DNA of 64,000 nucleotides from an uncultured candidate division Zixibacteria bacterium (GCA_963713865.1 OY970208.1:1184001-1248000), one strand, 5' to 3'. Positions 52,634-63,728 are shown, counted from the stretch's first letter. Numbers and translations are program-made. The notes: generated by a model not told the origin, from the sequence alone.

Positions 52634-53320
52634 CTAAGTACTTTCTTTTAATTTATAACCCAGATTTTTCACGGTCTGAATTGCTTCAGTTAGAATAGGA
52701 ATTTTTTCTCTTAATCTCCTTATATGTACATCTACTGTTCTCATTCCGCCATAATAATCATATCCCCAAACCTCGTCCATCAGATAATCTCTGCTTAAAA
52801 CCCGGCCTTTGCTGCGTAAAAGACACTCTAACAAATCGAATTCTTTTGAGCTTAACTCAACTGTCTTATTATTAAAGGTAGCTTCATGTCTGGATAAATC
52901 TAAAGAGAGATTCCCATAACGATATACTTTTTCTTTTTCTGCCTTTCTTTCAATTCTGCGAAGCAGGGCTTTCACCCTTGCAACTAATTCCTTAGGACTG
53001 AAGGGCTTGGTTATGTAATCATCCGCCCCTAATTCCAGCCCAATGATTTTGTCTGTTTCCTCTCCCTTGGCAGTCAGCATGATTATCGGGACAGATTTGG
53101 TTTTAGGATCTGACCTTAATTCTCTACAAACCTCTAACCCGTCCATCTCCGGAAGCATTATATCCAGTATTACCAAATCGAAGTTTTCAGCTCGTGCCTT
53201 TTTAAGACCCGAGAACCCGTCCAGAGCATCTGTCAGAACGAAATTTTCTTTTTCCAGATAATGCCCTACCAGTTCAACGATATCTTTATCGTCCTCAATT
53301 ACTAAAATCTTTTTCGACAT
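52634..53320 (-). CDS. phoB: OmpR-family phosphate regulon response regulator (PhoB/PhoP)
   Basis: LDIMLP, GADDYITKPF, RTVDVHIRRLREK; paired with phoR. Confidence 0.85.
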   Translation of the reverse strand: MSKKILVIEDDKDIVELVGHYLEKENFVLTDALDGFSGLKKARAENFDLVILDIMLPEMDGLEVCRELRSDPKTKSVPIIMLTAKGEETDKIIGLELGADDYITKPFSPKELVARVKALLRRIERKAEKEKVYRYGNLSLDLSRHEATFNNKTVELSSKEFDLLECLLRSKGRVLSRDYLMDEVWGYDYYGGMRTVDVHIRRLREKIPILTEAIQTVKNLGYKLKEST

Positions 53321-53513
53321 AGATAATCTCCAGAAACCTCAAAGATATTATAATTATAATTTCTTGTCCTGGCAAATTAATTTTCGGAAAAAAGATGGAG
53401 ATGGAAAACCTTTGCCATATTAGGTAAGTTTTTCTTTTGACAATGAATGTCGAATTTATTAATATTATCAGAGGATAAGATCCGAAGGAATAGATAAGTA
53501 ATAAGGAGGAAAT

Positions 53514-55340
53514 ATGTGCGGGATCATTGGATATGTAGGTGATAAAAAAGCTGTGCCAATCCTCTTGGAGGGGTTAAGAAGATTGGAATATCGGGGGTAT
53601 GATTCAGCCGGGATTGCTATCTTAGAAGAGGAAGGGATAATCTTAGAGAAGTGTGCTGGGAAAGTCTCTGCTTTAGAGAATCTTTTAAAGGGAAAAAGTT
53701 TTCACAGTACCACCGGAATAGCCCATACCCGCTGGGCAACTCATGGAGAGCCAACAGACCTTAATGCCCATCCACATCTTGATTGCAAAAATAAGATTGC
53801 AGTCGTGCATAATGGTATCATCGAAAATTACAGGAGCTTAAAAGAGGTTTTATCCTCCAAGGGACATATCTTCACTTCAGACACAGATACTGAGGTCCTG
53901 GCTCATCTGATAGAGGAATATTATGAAGGAGATTTAGTAGAGGCAGTAAGGACTGCCTTGACCCAGGTGGAAGGGACCTATGGCATAGCAGTTATCTGCA
54001 AGGATAATCCAGAAGAGATAGTAGCAGCCAGGCATGGTAGCCCCCTGGTAATTGGTAGAGGAGAAGGGGAGAATTTAGTCGCCTCAGACTGCTCTGCGAT
54101 CATCCGGCATACTAACCAGGTGGTCTATTTAGAGGACAGGGAGATCGTTTATGTGACCAAAGATGGGTTTTCTATCTCTACTATAGACAAAGTTGAAGTA
54201 ACTCCTCATCTGCAGGAGATCTCCTGGAACTTAGATCAGATCGAAAAGGGTGGTTTCTCACATTTTATGCTAAAAGAGATCCACGAACAGCCTCTTACCC
54301 TGGTTAATGCTATGCGCGGAAGGTTGAACTACGAAGAAGGGATCTCCCGTTTGAATGGGTTAAACCTTCAATATGAAGAGCTTCACCATATAAATCGGGT
54401 TATCCTGACTGCCTGCGGAACCTCCTGGCATGCAGCTTTAATCGGCGAATATCTGATTGAGGATTTAGCCTCTATACCGGTGGAGGTGGAATATGCCTCG
54501 GAGTTCAGGTATAGAAGCCCGATAATTCAGGATGGATCAATCGTCTTTGTGATAAGCCAGTCAGGAGAAACTGCTGATACCTTAGCTGCAATGAAAGAAG
54601 CTAAGAAAAAAGGGGCAACGGTTTTAGGGATATGCAATGTAGTGGGCTCGACCATAGCGCGTGAAACTGATGGAGGAGTCTATATCCATGCTGGACCGGA
54701 GATAGGGGTTGCCTCCACCAAGGCTTTTACTTCCCAGATTTTAGTTTTGACCTTGATCTCTTTGCTTTTGGGCAGGATGAGAAACCTATCCTTAGAAAAG
54801 GGGAGGGAAGTAATAGAAGCATTGAGGACAATCCCGGAGCAGGTGGATTCTCTTTTGAAAAACGATTCTTACATAAAGGAGATTGCCAGAGAATATTATA
54901 AGAAAAATAATTTTCTGTATCTGGGTCGAGGAATCAACTATCCTGTGGCTTTAGAAGGAGCATTGAAGTTAAAAGAGATTTCCTATATCCATGCTGAGGG
55001 TTATCCAGCCGCAGAGATGAAGCATGGGCCAATTGCTTTAATTGATGAGAATATGCCAGCAGTGGTGATAGCCATAAAGGATAATGTTTATGAGAAGGTA
55101 TTATCTAATATCGAGGAGATAAAAGCCCGTAACGGTAGGGTTATAGCTATTGCAACCCAGGGAGATGAGGAGATCAACAAAAGAGTAAACCATGTGCTCT
55201 ATATACCCCAAACCTTAGAACAACTGACTCCTCTTTTAGCCATCATCCCCTTACAGCTTTTAGCTTACCATATGGCGGTCCTGCGTGGGTGTGATATCGA
55301 CCAGCCGAGGAATCTGGCGAAAAGCGTTACTGTAGAATAA
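53514..55340 (+). CDS. glmS: Glutamine-fructose-6-phosphate aminotransferase
   Basis: MCGIIG, EYRGYDSAG, HTRWATHG, SQSGETADT, PRNLAKSVTVE. Confidence 0.98.
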   Translation: MCGIIGYVGDKKAVPILLEGLRRLEYRGYDSAGIAILEEEGIILEKCAGKVSALENLLKGKSFHSTTGIAHTRWATHGEPTDLNAHPHLDCKNKIAVVHNGIIENYRSLKEVLSSKGHIFTSDTDTEVLAHLIEEYYEGDLVEAVRTALTQVEGTYGIAVICKDNPEEIVAARHGSPLVIGRGEGENLVASDCSAIIRHTNQVVYLEDREIVYVTKDGFSISTIDKVEVTPHLQEISWNLDQIEKGGFSHFMLKEIHEQPLTLVNAMRGRLNYEEGISRLNGLNLQYEELHHINRVILTACGTSWHAALIGEYLIEDLASIPVEVEYASEFRYRSPIIQDGSIVFVISQSGETADTLAAMKEAKKKGATVLGICNVVGSTIARETDGGVYIHAGPEIGVASTKAFTSQILVLTLISLLLGRMRNLSLEKGREVIEALRTIPEQVDSLLKNDSYIKEIAREYYKKNNFLYLGRGINYPVALEGALKLKEISYIHAEGYPAAEMKHGPIALIDENMPAVVIAIKDNVYEKVLSNIEEIKARNGRVIAIATQGDEEINKRVNHVLYIPQTLEQLTPLLAIIPLQLLAYHMAVLRGCDIDQPRNLAKSVTVE

Positions 55341-55468
55341 GAAAGCTCAAAGGTTCAAAGTTCAATAGTTCAAGGGGAAAGACGTAGGGCAAGGCTTCAA
55401 TCTTGTAAAAAATAACAGATGACAGATGGAAGATAACGGATAAAAAAACAAAGGATGGATAACGAAAT

Positions 55469-55822
55469 ATGTCAATTTTCGATGCATTAAAATCAACAGC
55501 CAAAGTTCTACAAGAGGCTGGTAAGATTGAACAATATCAGCAAATATTAGATGCCATGGCTAAGCTTTTGGAAATGCAAAATAGGATAACGGAATTAGAA
55601 AGTGAAAATAAAGATCTTGAAGAGAAGCTTAGAATTAAACAAAATCTGGCATACGAAAACAACGCTTATTGGATTAACAAAGAAGATCAGAAAGATGGAC
55701 CTTTTTGTCCAAGATGTTGGGATAAAGATAAAGCTTTAATAAGAGTACCTACTTATCCTACGGACATTTGGAGTATATGCCCTGAATGTAAAAATCCTGT
55801 TCAAACAAGACCTGATAGATAA
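55469..55822 (+). CDS. Hypothetical protein: coiled coil plus zinc ribbon
   Basis: GPFCPRCWD...CPEC; AT-rich accessory-like ORF. Confidence 0.7.
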   Translation: MSIFDALKSTAKVLQEAGKIEQYQQILDAMAKLLEMQNRITELESENKDLEEKLRIKQNLAYENNAYWINKEDQKDGPFCPRCWDKDKALIRVPTYPTDIWSICPECKNPVQTRPDR

Positions 55823-55916
55823 TATAGTTTATTTGATTGGTGAAAGAAGTCCTGTTCTTCAGAAAATTCAAATAATCGCGTAGGGGCGGAGCTTGTCTCC
55901 ACCCTTATATTTTGCT

Positions 55917-55939
55917 CGCAGACTAAAGTCTGCGGCTAC
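55917..55939. repeat. REP-like element (reverse complement GTAGCCGCAGACTTTAGTCTGCG)
   Basis: Near-identical copies at 56159-56181 and 62575-62597; related at 37451-37473 and 62542-62564. Confidence 0.85.
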
Positions 55940-56201
55940 CGAGCCAGCATCGTCACGGATTATGCACTCCATACCAAACCTCCCCTTTATCCCCTCCTTA
56001 TAAAGGAGGGGAAACTATTTCCCCTCTCCTCGTAGAAGAGGGTTAGGGTGAGGTCATCTTACTTCTTCTGTTTTCCGTCTTCCATCATAAATTTATCTTG
56101 TTTTTTCTTATTTTCGTATTATATTAGTCTGGAATTTTGACGTAGAATAGCTTAGTTACGCAGACTGAAGTCTGCGGCTACCAATAAAGGAGGAAGAGGT
56201 T

Positions 56202-56453
56202 TTGAAAGAGAAAATTCATCCGAAGTATTATGAGACCACGATTACCTGTGCCTGTGGGAATGTGATTCATACCCGCTCCACAGTTAAGGACATACACGTG
56301 GAAATATGCTCAGCCTGTCATCCGTTTTTCACCGGGAAGCAGAAGTTATTGGATACTGCCGGCAGGGTGGAGCGGTTCAGGAGGAGATATAAAAAAGAGG
56401 AGAAGAAACCCGAATCCGAGTCTAAGGTAGAGGAAAAAGCTGAAGGGAAGTAG
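56202..56453 (+). CDS. rpmE: 50S ribosomal protein L31 (Zn-binding type)
   Basis: [25 protein letters not shown]. Confidence 0.97.
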   Translation: MKEKIHPKYYETTITCACGNVIHTRSTVKDIHVEICSACHPFFTGKQKLLDTAGRVERFRRRYKKEEKKPESESKVEEKAEGK

Positions 56454-56464
56454 TTTTTCATACA

Positions 56465-56513
56465 AGGATTTACTGTTTTTCTCCCTTCGGGAGAATGACA
56501 GTAGATCCTTTTT
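56465..56513 (+). terminator. Probable terminator after rpmE
   Basis: AAGGATTTACTG...TCTCCC-TTC-GGGAGA...CAGTAGATCCTT followed by T-run. Confidence 0.6.
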
Positions 56514-56710
56514 ATTTGGGGACAATAGAAAGATCGATAGATCTTATATAATCGTCGGGTCCCCTGACCCGACGGATTAGACTAAAATGGATGACAGGTC
56601 AGGGGACCTGACATCTACTGGAAAGTTAAACAGATTTCTTGAACTTTAAGGCTTCAGCTTTATTTTTTTAACCCCGTCAAAGGCGGGACACTCCAAAAGC
56701 GATTTTTAAG

Positions 56711-57691
56711 ATGGATAAAATAGCAGAAAAAGAAAAACATATCGGCGGGCAGGCGGTGATTGAAGGGGTGATGATGAGGTCCTCTATTAGGGTCTCCACT
56801 GCGGTCAGGAAGCAGAGCGGGGAGATCGTGGTTAAAAATGAGGATTATATCCCTCTTTCCAAAAGGTATAAATTATTGAATATTCCTGTTCTTCGAGGGG
56901 TAGTCTCTTTTGTGGAGATGCTGGTTATTGGTATAAAGAGCCTGAATTTCTCCGCAGATATAGCAGTAGAAGAGATAGAAGAAAAGGAGGGGAAAAGCAA
57001 AAACAAATCCAGAAGTAAAGGATCACATGGTTTGATGCTTGGTTTGGCAGTGATCTTAGCTTTAGGTCTGGGCATTTTAATCTTTTTCTTTTTACCTTTG
57101 TTTTTTTCCAGCCTTTTAAGAATAAAAAGGGAAGCTTTAGCCTTTAACTTGGTGGCTGGAATGATAAGGGTGGCTATGTTTTTAATCTATGTCTGGGCTA
57201 TATCCAGATTTAAAGATTTCAAGAGAATATTTGAATATCACGGGGCAGAGCATAAATCTATCTATGCCTATGAAGCAGATGAGGATTTGACTTACGAGAA
57301 AGTAAAAAAATTCAGCACCAGGCATCCCCGGTGCGGAACCAGTTTTATCCTGATTGTGGCTATCTTTGCCATATTCATCTACTCGATCTCAGATACCGTC
57401 TATACCATAATCGCCGGTACCTATCCGCCACTTTTGAAAAGATTTTTACTCCACTTTACCCTCTTACCTTTAGTAGCGGGTGGCTCGTATGAGCTTTTGA
57501 AACTATCTGGAAAAACTAAAGATAATCGCATAACCAGGGCACTTTCCGCTCCTGGCATCTGGCTTCAGAAGATAACTACCCAGGAGCCGGATGAATCCCA
57601 GTTAGAGGTGGCGATTGTTGCCTTAGAGAGCGCTTTAGGGAAATCCATTTCCTCGAATGAGGATGATAAAAAGATAAGCGAGAAGATATGA
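56711..57691 (+). CDS. DUF1385 family membrane protein
   Basis: [39 protein letters not shown]; usual rpmE/prfA context. Confidence 0.92.
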   Translation: MDKIAEKEKHIGGQAVIEGVMMRSSIRVSTAVRKQSGEIVVKNEDYIPLSKRYKLLNIPVLRGVVSFVEMLVIGIKSLNFSADIAVEEIEEKEGKSKNKSRSKGSHGLMLGLAVILALGLGILIFFFLPLFFSSLLRIKREALAFNLVAGMIRVAMFLIYVWAISRFKDFKRIFEYHGAEHKSIYAYEADEDLTYEKVKKFSTRHPRCGTSFILIVAIFAIFIYSISDTVYTIIAGTYPPLLKRFLLHFTLLPLVAGGSYELLKLSGKTKDNRITRALSAPGIWLQKITTQEPDESQLEVAIVALESALGKSISSNEDDKKISEKI

Positions 57692-58764
57692 TTGAACTTT
57701 TAGATAAAATTGAACAAAAACACAAAGAGCTTACCCAGCTACTGTCTGATCCTCAGGTCTTACAGGACCAGAACAGGTATAGAAAGATTGCCAAGGAGCA
57801 GGCGGAGTTTTCAGAGATAGTCGAGCTTTATTCAGAGTTAAAAAAGGTCTCATCCCAGATAGAGGAGGATGAGAAGATCAAAGCTCAATCAGAGGATAAG
57901 GAATTAATTGAGTTAGCTAAAACTGAAATAGAGGAGCTTAAAGATAAAAAGATAAAGTTGGAGGAAAAGCTCCGAGCCCTTTTAACGCCCAAAGACCCGA
58001 ATGATAGCAAAAATACCATTGTGGAGATAAGGGCTGGGACAGGAGGGGAAGAAGCGGGGCTTTTTGCATCAGATTTATACCGCATGTATATAAAGTATTC
58101 AGAGAAAAAAGGGTGGAAAACAGAGGTATTAAGCTCAAATCCTACTGGTCTGGGTGGTTTTAAGGAGATAATCTTCTCAGTGGATGGGGATAAAGTTTAT
58201 AAGAATTTAAAATATGAAAGCGGGGTGCATCGGGTTCAAAGGGTTCCGAAAACAGAAGCCTCAGGCAGGATCCATACTTCAGCCGCATCAGTAGCAGTTC
58301 TTCCAGAGGCAGAAGAGATAGAGCTTGCCATAAAACCGGAGGAGTTAAAGATTGATGTTTTCAGATCCTCCGGTCCTGGTGGTCAGTCAGTCAATACGAC
58401 GGATTCAGCCGTCAGGATAACTCACCTTCCTACAAATACTGTGGTAACCTGTCAGGATGAGAAATCACAGTTGAAAAATAAGAATAAAGCCTTGAAGGTG
58501 CTAAGGGCACGTCTTTTGGATAAAGCCCGAACCGACCAGGAGGAGAAGATTGCTCAAGAGAGGAAATCGATGGTTAAAACCGGGGATCGGTCTGAGAAAA
58601 TCAGAACTTATAATTTCCCCCAGAACCGGGTAACAGACCATCGGATCGGTTTAACCTTACACCGGTTAGAAGAGGTTCTGTCCGGGGATTTAGAGGAGTT
58701 AGTCGAATCTTTAGAAAAGGAAGAACAGGCGGAGAAATTAAAAGGTGAAAAGGTATTAAAATAA
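57688..58764 (+). CDS. prfA: Peptide chain release factor 1
   Basis: [15 protein letters not shown] (PxT), [16 protein letters not shown]. Confidence 0.97.
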   Translation: MIELLDKIEQKHKELTQLLSDPQVLQDQNRYRKIAKEQAEFSEIVELYSELKKVSSQIEEDEKIKAQSEDKELIELAKTEIEELKDKKIKLEEKLRALLTPKDPNDSKNTIVEIRAGTGGEEAGLFASDLYRMYIKYSEKKGWKTEVLSSNPTGLGGFKEIIFSVDGDKVYKNLKYESGVHRVQRVPKTEASGRIHTSAASVAVLPEAEEIELAIKPEELKIDVFRSSGPGGQSVNTTDSAVRITHLPTNTVVTCQDEKSQLKNKNKALKVLRARLLDKARTDQEEKIAQERKSMVKTGDRSEKIRTYNFPQNRVTDHRIGLTLHRLEEVLSGDLEELVESLEKEEQAEKLKGEKVLK

Positions 58765-58776
58765 AAGAGGGAGAAT

Positions 58777-59637
58777 ATGAAGATTTTTAAATTAATCTTA
58801 GCTTTCATAATCACCTTATTTCTACTTGTCATAGCCAGAAAGATTTCTACCCGGGAACCAGAATACAATGCAGTTATAAATGACGGCATCAGTCTTTCTC
58901 ATACAACGGTAACCCAGCAAGTTGGTTCAGGAAAGGTTAGGATTGATGCGACCCTGAAAACTCCAGAACCTCCGGGTAATTATTCCTTTAACCTTTTCTA
59001 TAAAATAGGGAAAGGGAAAGATGAATATAAAAGTTTAAAGATGGAGTTAGTTGAGGGGGCAACTGACCAGTTTGTTGCTTTTATACCCTCCCAGCCAAAG
59101 GGTAAAAGAGCCTATTATTATCTGTCTTTGGCGGATAATCAGGGCAAAGAGATTTTAACTTTACCGGAGAAGGTAAATCTTCTGAATGATCCTTATTTGA
59201 TTAAATTCAAGGGGAGAGTTTCACCGGTAATCTTAATCTTACATATACTGACTATGTTTGGTTCTGTTTTCTTTATATTTTTAGTTTTGTTTTCTGCTTT
59301 TGAGATATTGTGGAACAAAGATACGATCAGAAAACTCTCTGTTTATACTTTATGGGGCACAATCTTATCCTTCATAGGCGGAGTGCCTTTAGGGATTTTG
59401 GTAACCAACCAGACCTTTGGAGAGATCTGGGGAGGGTTCCCCATTTTCACTGATAGAACTGACAGCAAGACCTCGATTTTAATCTTTTACTGGGCAATTA
59501 TGCTTCTCCTGATGAAAGGCTCAGCTTTTAAAAAAGATAAAAATTTCAATCTTTTGCCAGAAAAAACCCTTGCCTGGTTTGCTATTTTAGGTTTTATTTT
59601 AACCTTAGCGATTTATCTTATACCCCATAGTATATGA
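58777..59637 (+). CDS. Membrane protein with an extracytoplasmic beta domain and four C-terminal TM helices
   Basis: N-terminal anchor, beta-rich domain, then hydrophobic helices; ATGA overlap with tldD. Confidence 0.7.
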   Translation: MKIFKLILAFIITLFLLVIARKISTREPEYNAVINDGISLSHTTVTQQVGSGKVRIDATLKTPEPPGNYSFNLFYKIGKGKDEYKSLKMELVEGATDQFVAFIPSQPKGKRAYYYLSLADNQGKEILTLPEKVNLLNDPYLIKFKGRVSPVILILHILTMFGSVFFIFLVLFSAFEILWNKDTIRKLSVYTLWGTILSFIGGVPLGILVTNQTFGEIWGGFPIFTDRTDSKTSILIFYWAIMLLLMKGSAFKKDKNFNLLPEKTLAWFAILGFILTLAIYLIPHSI

Positions 59638-61079
59638 TAGATTTAAAAAAAGCATCAGATATTGCTTTAAACGCTGCAAAATCCAAAGGGGCAAGTTATA
59701 CAGATATCAGGATTATCAATACTGAAGATGAGAATATCTCAGTTAAAAATGGTGCTACAGAGCTGATAGAGGAAAGCAGCTCTTTCGGATTTGGTATTAG
59801 AGTAATCGCGGATGGTGCCTGGGGTTTTGCCTCTTCACCGGATTTAGACGAAGTTAATCTCAAAAAGATTGCAGAGCTTTCAGTTAAAATCGCTAAAGCC
59901 TCAGCCAAGCTCAAGCAAAAAGATTTGGTTTTAGCTCCAGCGAGTAAGACTATAGATTCATATAAAACTCCTATTGAAAAAGATCCATTCACCATCCCAA
60001 TGAAGGAAAAATTAGATTACCTTTTATATTTAGATCAACTCCTGAGAAAAACAGAAGGGCTGACTTCAACTTCTGCCTTTATGAACTTCAGAAAGGAGAA
60101 TAGCCTTTTTATAAGTTCTGAGGGTTCTTCAATCGAACAGACCCTGATTCACAGCGGAGCCGGGATAGAGGCTTTATGTATGAAATCAAGAAAAGAGATG
60201 GGGAGAAGGTCTTTTCCGGATTCAAACGGTCAGTATGAATCCAAGGGTTATGAACTGATCAATGAACTAAAATTTGAGGAGAACTGCGAAAAAACTGCTA
60301 AACAAGCAATAGGACTTCTCTCAGCACTAGAATGTCCTTCAGGGACAAAGACTATAGTTTTAGATGGTCCTCAACTCTCCTTACAGATCCATGAATCCAT
60401 TGGTCATCCCTTGGAATTAGACCGGGTTTTAGGTGCAGAGAAAAACTTCTCTGGGACAAGCTTTGCCATACTGGATAAACTGAATAAACTTAAATATGGC
60501 TCAGAGATAGTGAATGTGGTTACTGATTCAATTTATCCTTCTGGTTTAGGGACTTTCGGTTATGATGATGAAGGGGTGAAGGCGCAGAGAAAAGATTTAA
60601 TCAAAAATGGAATTTTAGTGGGATATTTAACCTCAAGGGAAACAGCTCCTCTAGTTAAAACTTTATCCAACGGCTCGATGAGAGCAGATGGCTGGGGGAA
60701 TATACCGATTATCCGGATGACCAATACCATTCTTTTACCGGGTGATAAAAGTTTTGAGGATTTGATTTCAGAGATAGATGATGGGATTTATATGGAGACC
60801 GTTTCCTCCTGGAGCATAGATGATAACCGGGAGAATTTCAAGATGGGGTGTGAGATTGGCTGGGAGATTAAAAATGGAAAACTTGGTGATATGATAAAAA
60901 ATCCGACCTATTCCGGGAATACGGTTGAGTTCTGGAATTCCTGTGATGCGATTTGCAGTGATAAATATTTCAAGGTTTGGGGAACTCCTAACTGCGGTAA
61001 GGGCCAACCAGGACAAAATGCCCGTACCGGACAAGGTGCATCACCTGCGAGATTTAAGAATGTGAAAGTGGGAAGTTAA
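59634..61079 (+). CDS. tldD: TldD metalloprotease subunit
   Basis: GFGIRVI, HESIGH (HExxxH), GYDDEG, IRMTN, CGKGQP. Confidence 0.9.
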   Translation: MIDLKKASDIALNAAKSKGASYTDIRIINTEDENISVKNGATELIEESSSFGFGIRVIADGAWGFASSPDLDEVNLKKIAELSVKIAKASAKLKQKDLVLAPASKTIDSYKTPIEKDPFTIPMKEKLDYLLYLDQLLRKTEGLTSTSAFMNFRKENSLFISSEGSSIEQTLIHSGAGIEALCMKSRKEMGRRSFPDSNGQYESKGYELINELKFEENCEKTAKQAIGLLSALECPSGTKTIVLDGPQLSLQIHESIGHPLELDRVLGAEKNFSGTSFAILDKLNKLKYGSEIVNVVTDSIYPSGLGTFGYDDEGVKAQRKDLIKNGILVGYLTSRETAPLVKTLSNGSMRADGWGNIPIIRMTNTILLPGDKSFEDLISEIDDGIYMETVSSWSIDDNRENFKMGCEIGWEIKNGKLGDMIKNPTYSGNTVEFWNSCDAICSDKYFKVWGTPNCGKGQPGQNARTGQGASPARFKNVKVGS

Positions 61080-61083
61080 TTTT

Positions 61084-62406
61084 ATGCTCTCAAAAGAAAA
61101 AGCCTTTGAGATTTTAGAAAAGGGATTGAAATATTCTGATGCAGACCAAACGGAACTGCTTCTTATGGAGGAGGATTTTTATCTGACCAGGTTTGCGGAG
61201 AACGTTATTCATCAGAATATGGGAAGAGAAGACCATACAGTTATGGCAAGGGCAGTTTTTGACAAAAAAGTCGGGGTGGCAGTGACTAACAAGATAGATG
61301 AGGATGGAATTCAAAAAGTTATAAAGGATGCGATTGAGATTGCAAAAAACCAGGAAGAAGACCCGGATTTTGTCTCATTGCCTCAATCAAATCCAGCTCC
61401 AGAAATAAAAGGTTTTTACCAGAGCACAAATAATTTTACTCCTGAGGATAGAGCAAAAGGTGTTAAGATTGCTGTGGATAAATGCAAGACAAATAATTTA
61501 ATATCCGCAGGTGCTTTTCAGACTGAGTCTGATATTACAGCAGTAGTTAATTTCTTGGGGATAAGACAATATTTTCAGGAGACCAAAGCCAATTTCTCTT
61601 TAACTACAAGCAGGAATGAGCAATCCGGCTGGGCGCAGGGGTATTCCAGAGATGTTAATAATTTAGATATTGCTCGACTTAGTCAGATTGCAGTTGAAAA
61701 GGCTCTGCTATCAGCTAATCAGATAGAGCTTCCTCCAGGTGAATACACAGTTATCCTAGAAGAAGCGGCAGTGACATCTTTGCTTTTATTTTTAGCTTTC
61801 TTGGGATTTGGAGCCAAAACCTTTACTGAAGGTAAAAGTTATATGAAGTTAGGGGAAAAGCTGACCGGTGATAATATCACTATCATCGAAGATCCCTATG
61901 ACCCGGTGATGAGCGGAATCCCATTTGATTACGAAGGAGTAACCAAGAAAAAAGTTGTTCTGATAGAAAACGGAATCGGCAAAGGCGTGGTTTACAATTC
62001 CTATTATGCTAACAAGAACAAAACCGAATCGACCGGGCATGCGCTTCCTCCCAATAACACCTTTGGACCTTATCCCAAGAATATGATTATGTCGCCAGGA
62101 AACTCCACACTTCAGGAGATGATTGCATCTATTGAAAAAGGGATTTTAATTACCCATTTCTGGTATATCAATTATATGAATCCGATGAAGACGATGGTTA
62201 CCGGCACAACCCGGGATGGTACATTCCTTATAGAAAACGGGAAGATAAAATCTGCAGTTAAAAACATGAGGATCGGGCAGAGTATTTTAGAGGCATTCTC
62301 CAATGTGGAGCTGATGACCAGGGAAAGAAAGCTCTGTCCCCAGTATGGCGTTTTGATGTATGTCCCGGCAATGAAGATAAATAAGTTTAATTTCATCGGA
62401 GGATAA
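61084..62406 (+). CDS. TldE/PmbA-like partner subunit
   Basis: TRFAENVIHQ, LPPGEYTVILE, PFDYEG, TGTTRDG; no HExxH. Confidence 0.88.
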   Translation: MLSKEKAFEILEKGLKYSDADQTELLLMEEDFYLTRFAENVIHQNMGREDHTVMARAVFDKKVGVAVTNKIDEDGIQKVIKDAIEIAKNQEEDPDFVSLPQSNPAPEIKGFYQSTNNFTPEDRAKGVKIAVDKCKTNNLISAGAFQTESDITAVVNFLGIRQYFQETKANFSLTTSRNEQSGWAQGYSRDVNNLDIARLSQIAVEKALLSANQIELPPGEYTVILEEAAVTSLLLFLAFLGFGAKTFTEGKSYMKLGEKLTGDNITIIEDPYDPVMSGIPFDYEGVTKKKVVLIENGIGKGVVYNSYYANKNKTESTGHALPPNNTFGPYPKNMIMSPGNSTLQEMIASIEKGILITHFWYINYMNPMKTMVTGTTRDGTFLIENGKIKSAVKNMRIGQSILEAFSNVELMTRERKLCPQYGVLMYVPAMKINKFNFIGG

Positions 62407-62541
62407 TAAAGAAAAGTTCAAAGGTTTAACCGCTCAAAGGTTCGAAGGAGAAAGAACTATGTTGTGACCACCAGGTCCCTGACCTGGCGGGGAGATAAGA
62501 TTCTGTCGGGTCAGGGGACCCGACAGGCACAAATACAAGTG

Positions 62542-62597
62542 GTAGCCGCAACCTTTAGGTTGCGAGTAACTATACGCAGACTAAAGTCTGCGGCTAC
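62542..62597. repeat. Inverted REP doublet (REPIN-like)
   Basis: GTAGCCGCAACCTTTAGGTTGCG, 10-bp spacer, CGCAGACTAAAGTCTGCGGCTAC. Confidence 0.75.
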
Positions 62598-62609
62598 AAA
62601 ATAAAAAAA

Positions 62610-62852
62610 ATGAAAAGAAGAAAATTTATCAAAACTCTTGGATTTGGTAGTATCGGATTATACCTGCTACCATCATTTATTGCAAAGACTACCACTTCTT
62701 TTTTACCAGATAAATCAGATTTTATCCCACCGGTTAACTGGCTTTATGGCTCTCCCCAGAAAGGGTGCTCCACTTCGCTTCTTTCCTCTGAATTTCATGG
62801 AAAGCTCGAAAACGGTTTGGAGGACTGGGCTAATTTCAGATTTAGAGCATAA
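62610..62852 (+). CDS. Small ORF with a Tat-like signal; possibly a gene remnant
   Basis: MKRRKFIK twin-arginine motif plus hydrophobic stretch; no clear RBS; only 80 aa. Confidence 0.4.
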   Translation: MKRRKFIKTLGFGSIGLYLLPSFIAKTTTSFLPDKSDFIPPVNWLYGSPQKGCSTSLLSSEFHGKLENGLEDWANFRFRA

Positions 62853-62855
62853 TCA

Positions 62856-63728
62856 ATGGGCAAAACAATTTTAGAAGCCCTTCACTCTGCTACTGAAGTT
62901 TTCTGGAAAAAAGATATCGAAAGCCCGCGAATAGAAGCCGAGCTGCTTTTAGGTCATATCCTCAATTTAAAAAGGACCGAGCTTTATCTGAACAGCCAGA
63001 AAGTTTTATCTCCTGAAGAAGAGGGGACTCTTGATAGATTAATTAGAGATAGACTCTCGGGGAAGCCTTTGCAATATATCTTAGGCGAAGTGGAATTTTA
63101 TGGTCTAAAGTTTAAAATCGACCATAGGGCTTTGATTCCCCGCCCGGAAACCGAAATTTTAATCTCAAAGGTTACGGAACATTTCAAAAAAGAAAAAAGG
63201 GAATCAGATTTTTTAAAGATCGTGGATGTTGGCACCGGCTCAGGGAATATCGCGATTGCCTTAGCCTGTAATCTTAAAAACTCTTTTGTCTATGCTGCTG
63301 ATATATCCTCAGATGCTCTATCTCTTGCCAGAGAAAATGCGGAAATAAATAAAGTCGAAAAAAGAATTGAATTTCTATGCGGTGATCTTTTAACTACCTT
63401 GCAAAATAGAAATTTAGAGGGGAAGATCGATGCCATAGTCTCTAATCCTCCTTATGTTCAAAAAGAGGAAAAGGAGATTCTGCCCAGAGAGGTTAAAGAC
63501 TATGAGCCGGAAATAGCCTTGTTTATTGAAAAAGGATTATATCAAAGAATAATCAAACAATCTTCAATTTACCTGAAAAAAGAGGGAGGGATTTTAGCAC
63601 TGGAAACAGGTTATAATCAGGCACAGGCAGTTAAAAATTTAATTGAAGCCAAAGGGGATTATACCACTATCGAAATCATAAAAGATCTGGCAGGGATTGA
63701 AAGGGTAGTGTTTGCGATTAAGAGGTAG
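62856..63728 (+). CDS. prmC: Release factor glutamine methyltransferase
   Basis: PLQYILG, ALIPRPETE, DVGTGSG, SNPPY. Confidence 0.96.
   Translation: MGKTILEALHSATEVFWKKDIESPRIEAELLLGHILNLKRTELYLNSQKVLSPEEEGTLDRLIRDRLSGKPLQYILGEVEFYGLKFKIDHRALIPRPETEILISKVTEHFKKEKRESDFLKIVDVGTGSGNIAIALACNLKNSFVYAADISSDALSLARENAEINKVEKRIEFLCGDLLTTLQNRNLEGKIDAIVSNPPYVQKEEKEILPREVKDYEPEIALFIEKGLYQRIIKQSSIYLKKEGGILALETGYNQAQAVKNLIEAKGDYTTIEIIKDLAGIERVVFAIKR

Noticed and set aside
53321-53513. glmS ribozyme
   Set aside because: Short AT-rich divergent promoter region with no recognisable ribozyme core.
377-62396. Numerous short ORFs antisense to or nested in long genes
   Set aside because: Shadow frames of well-supported genes.
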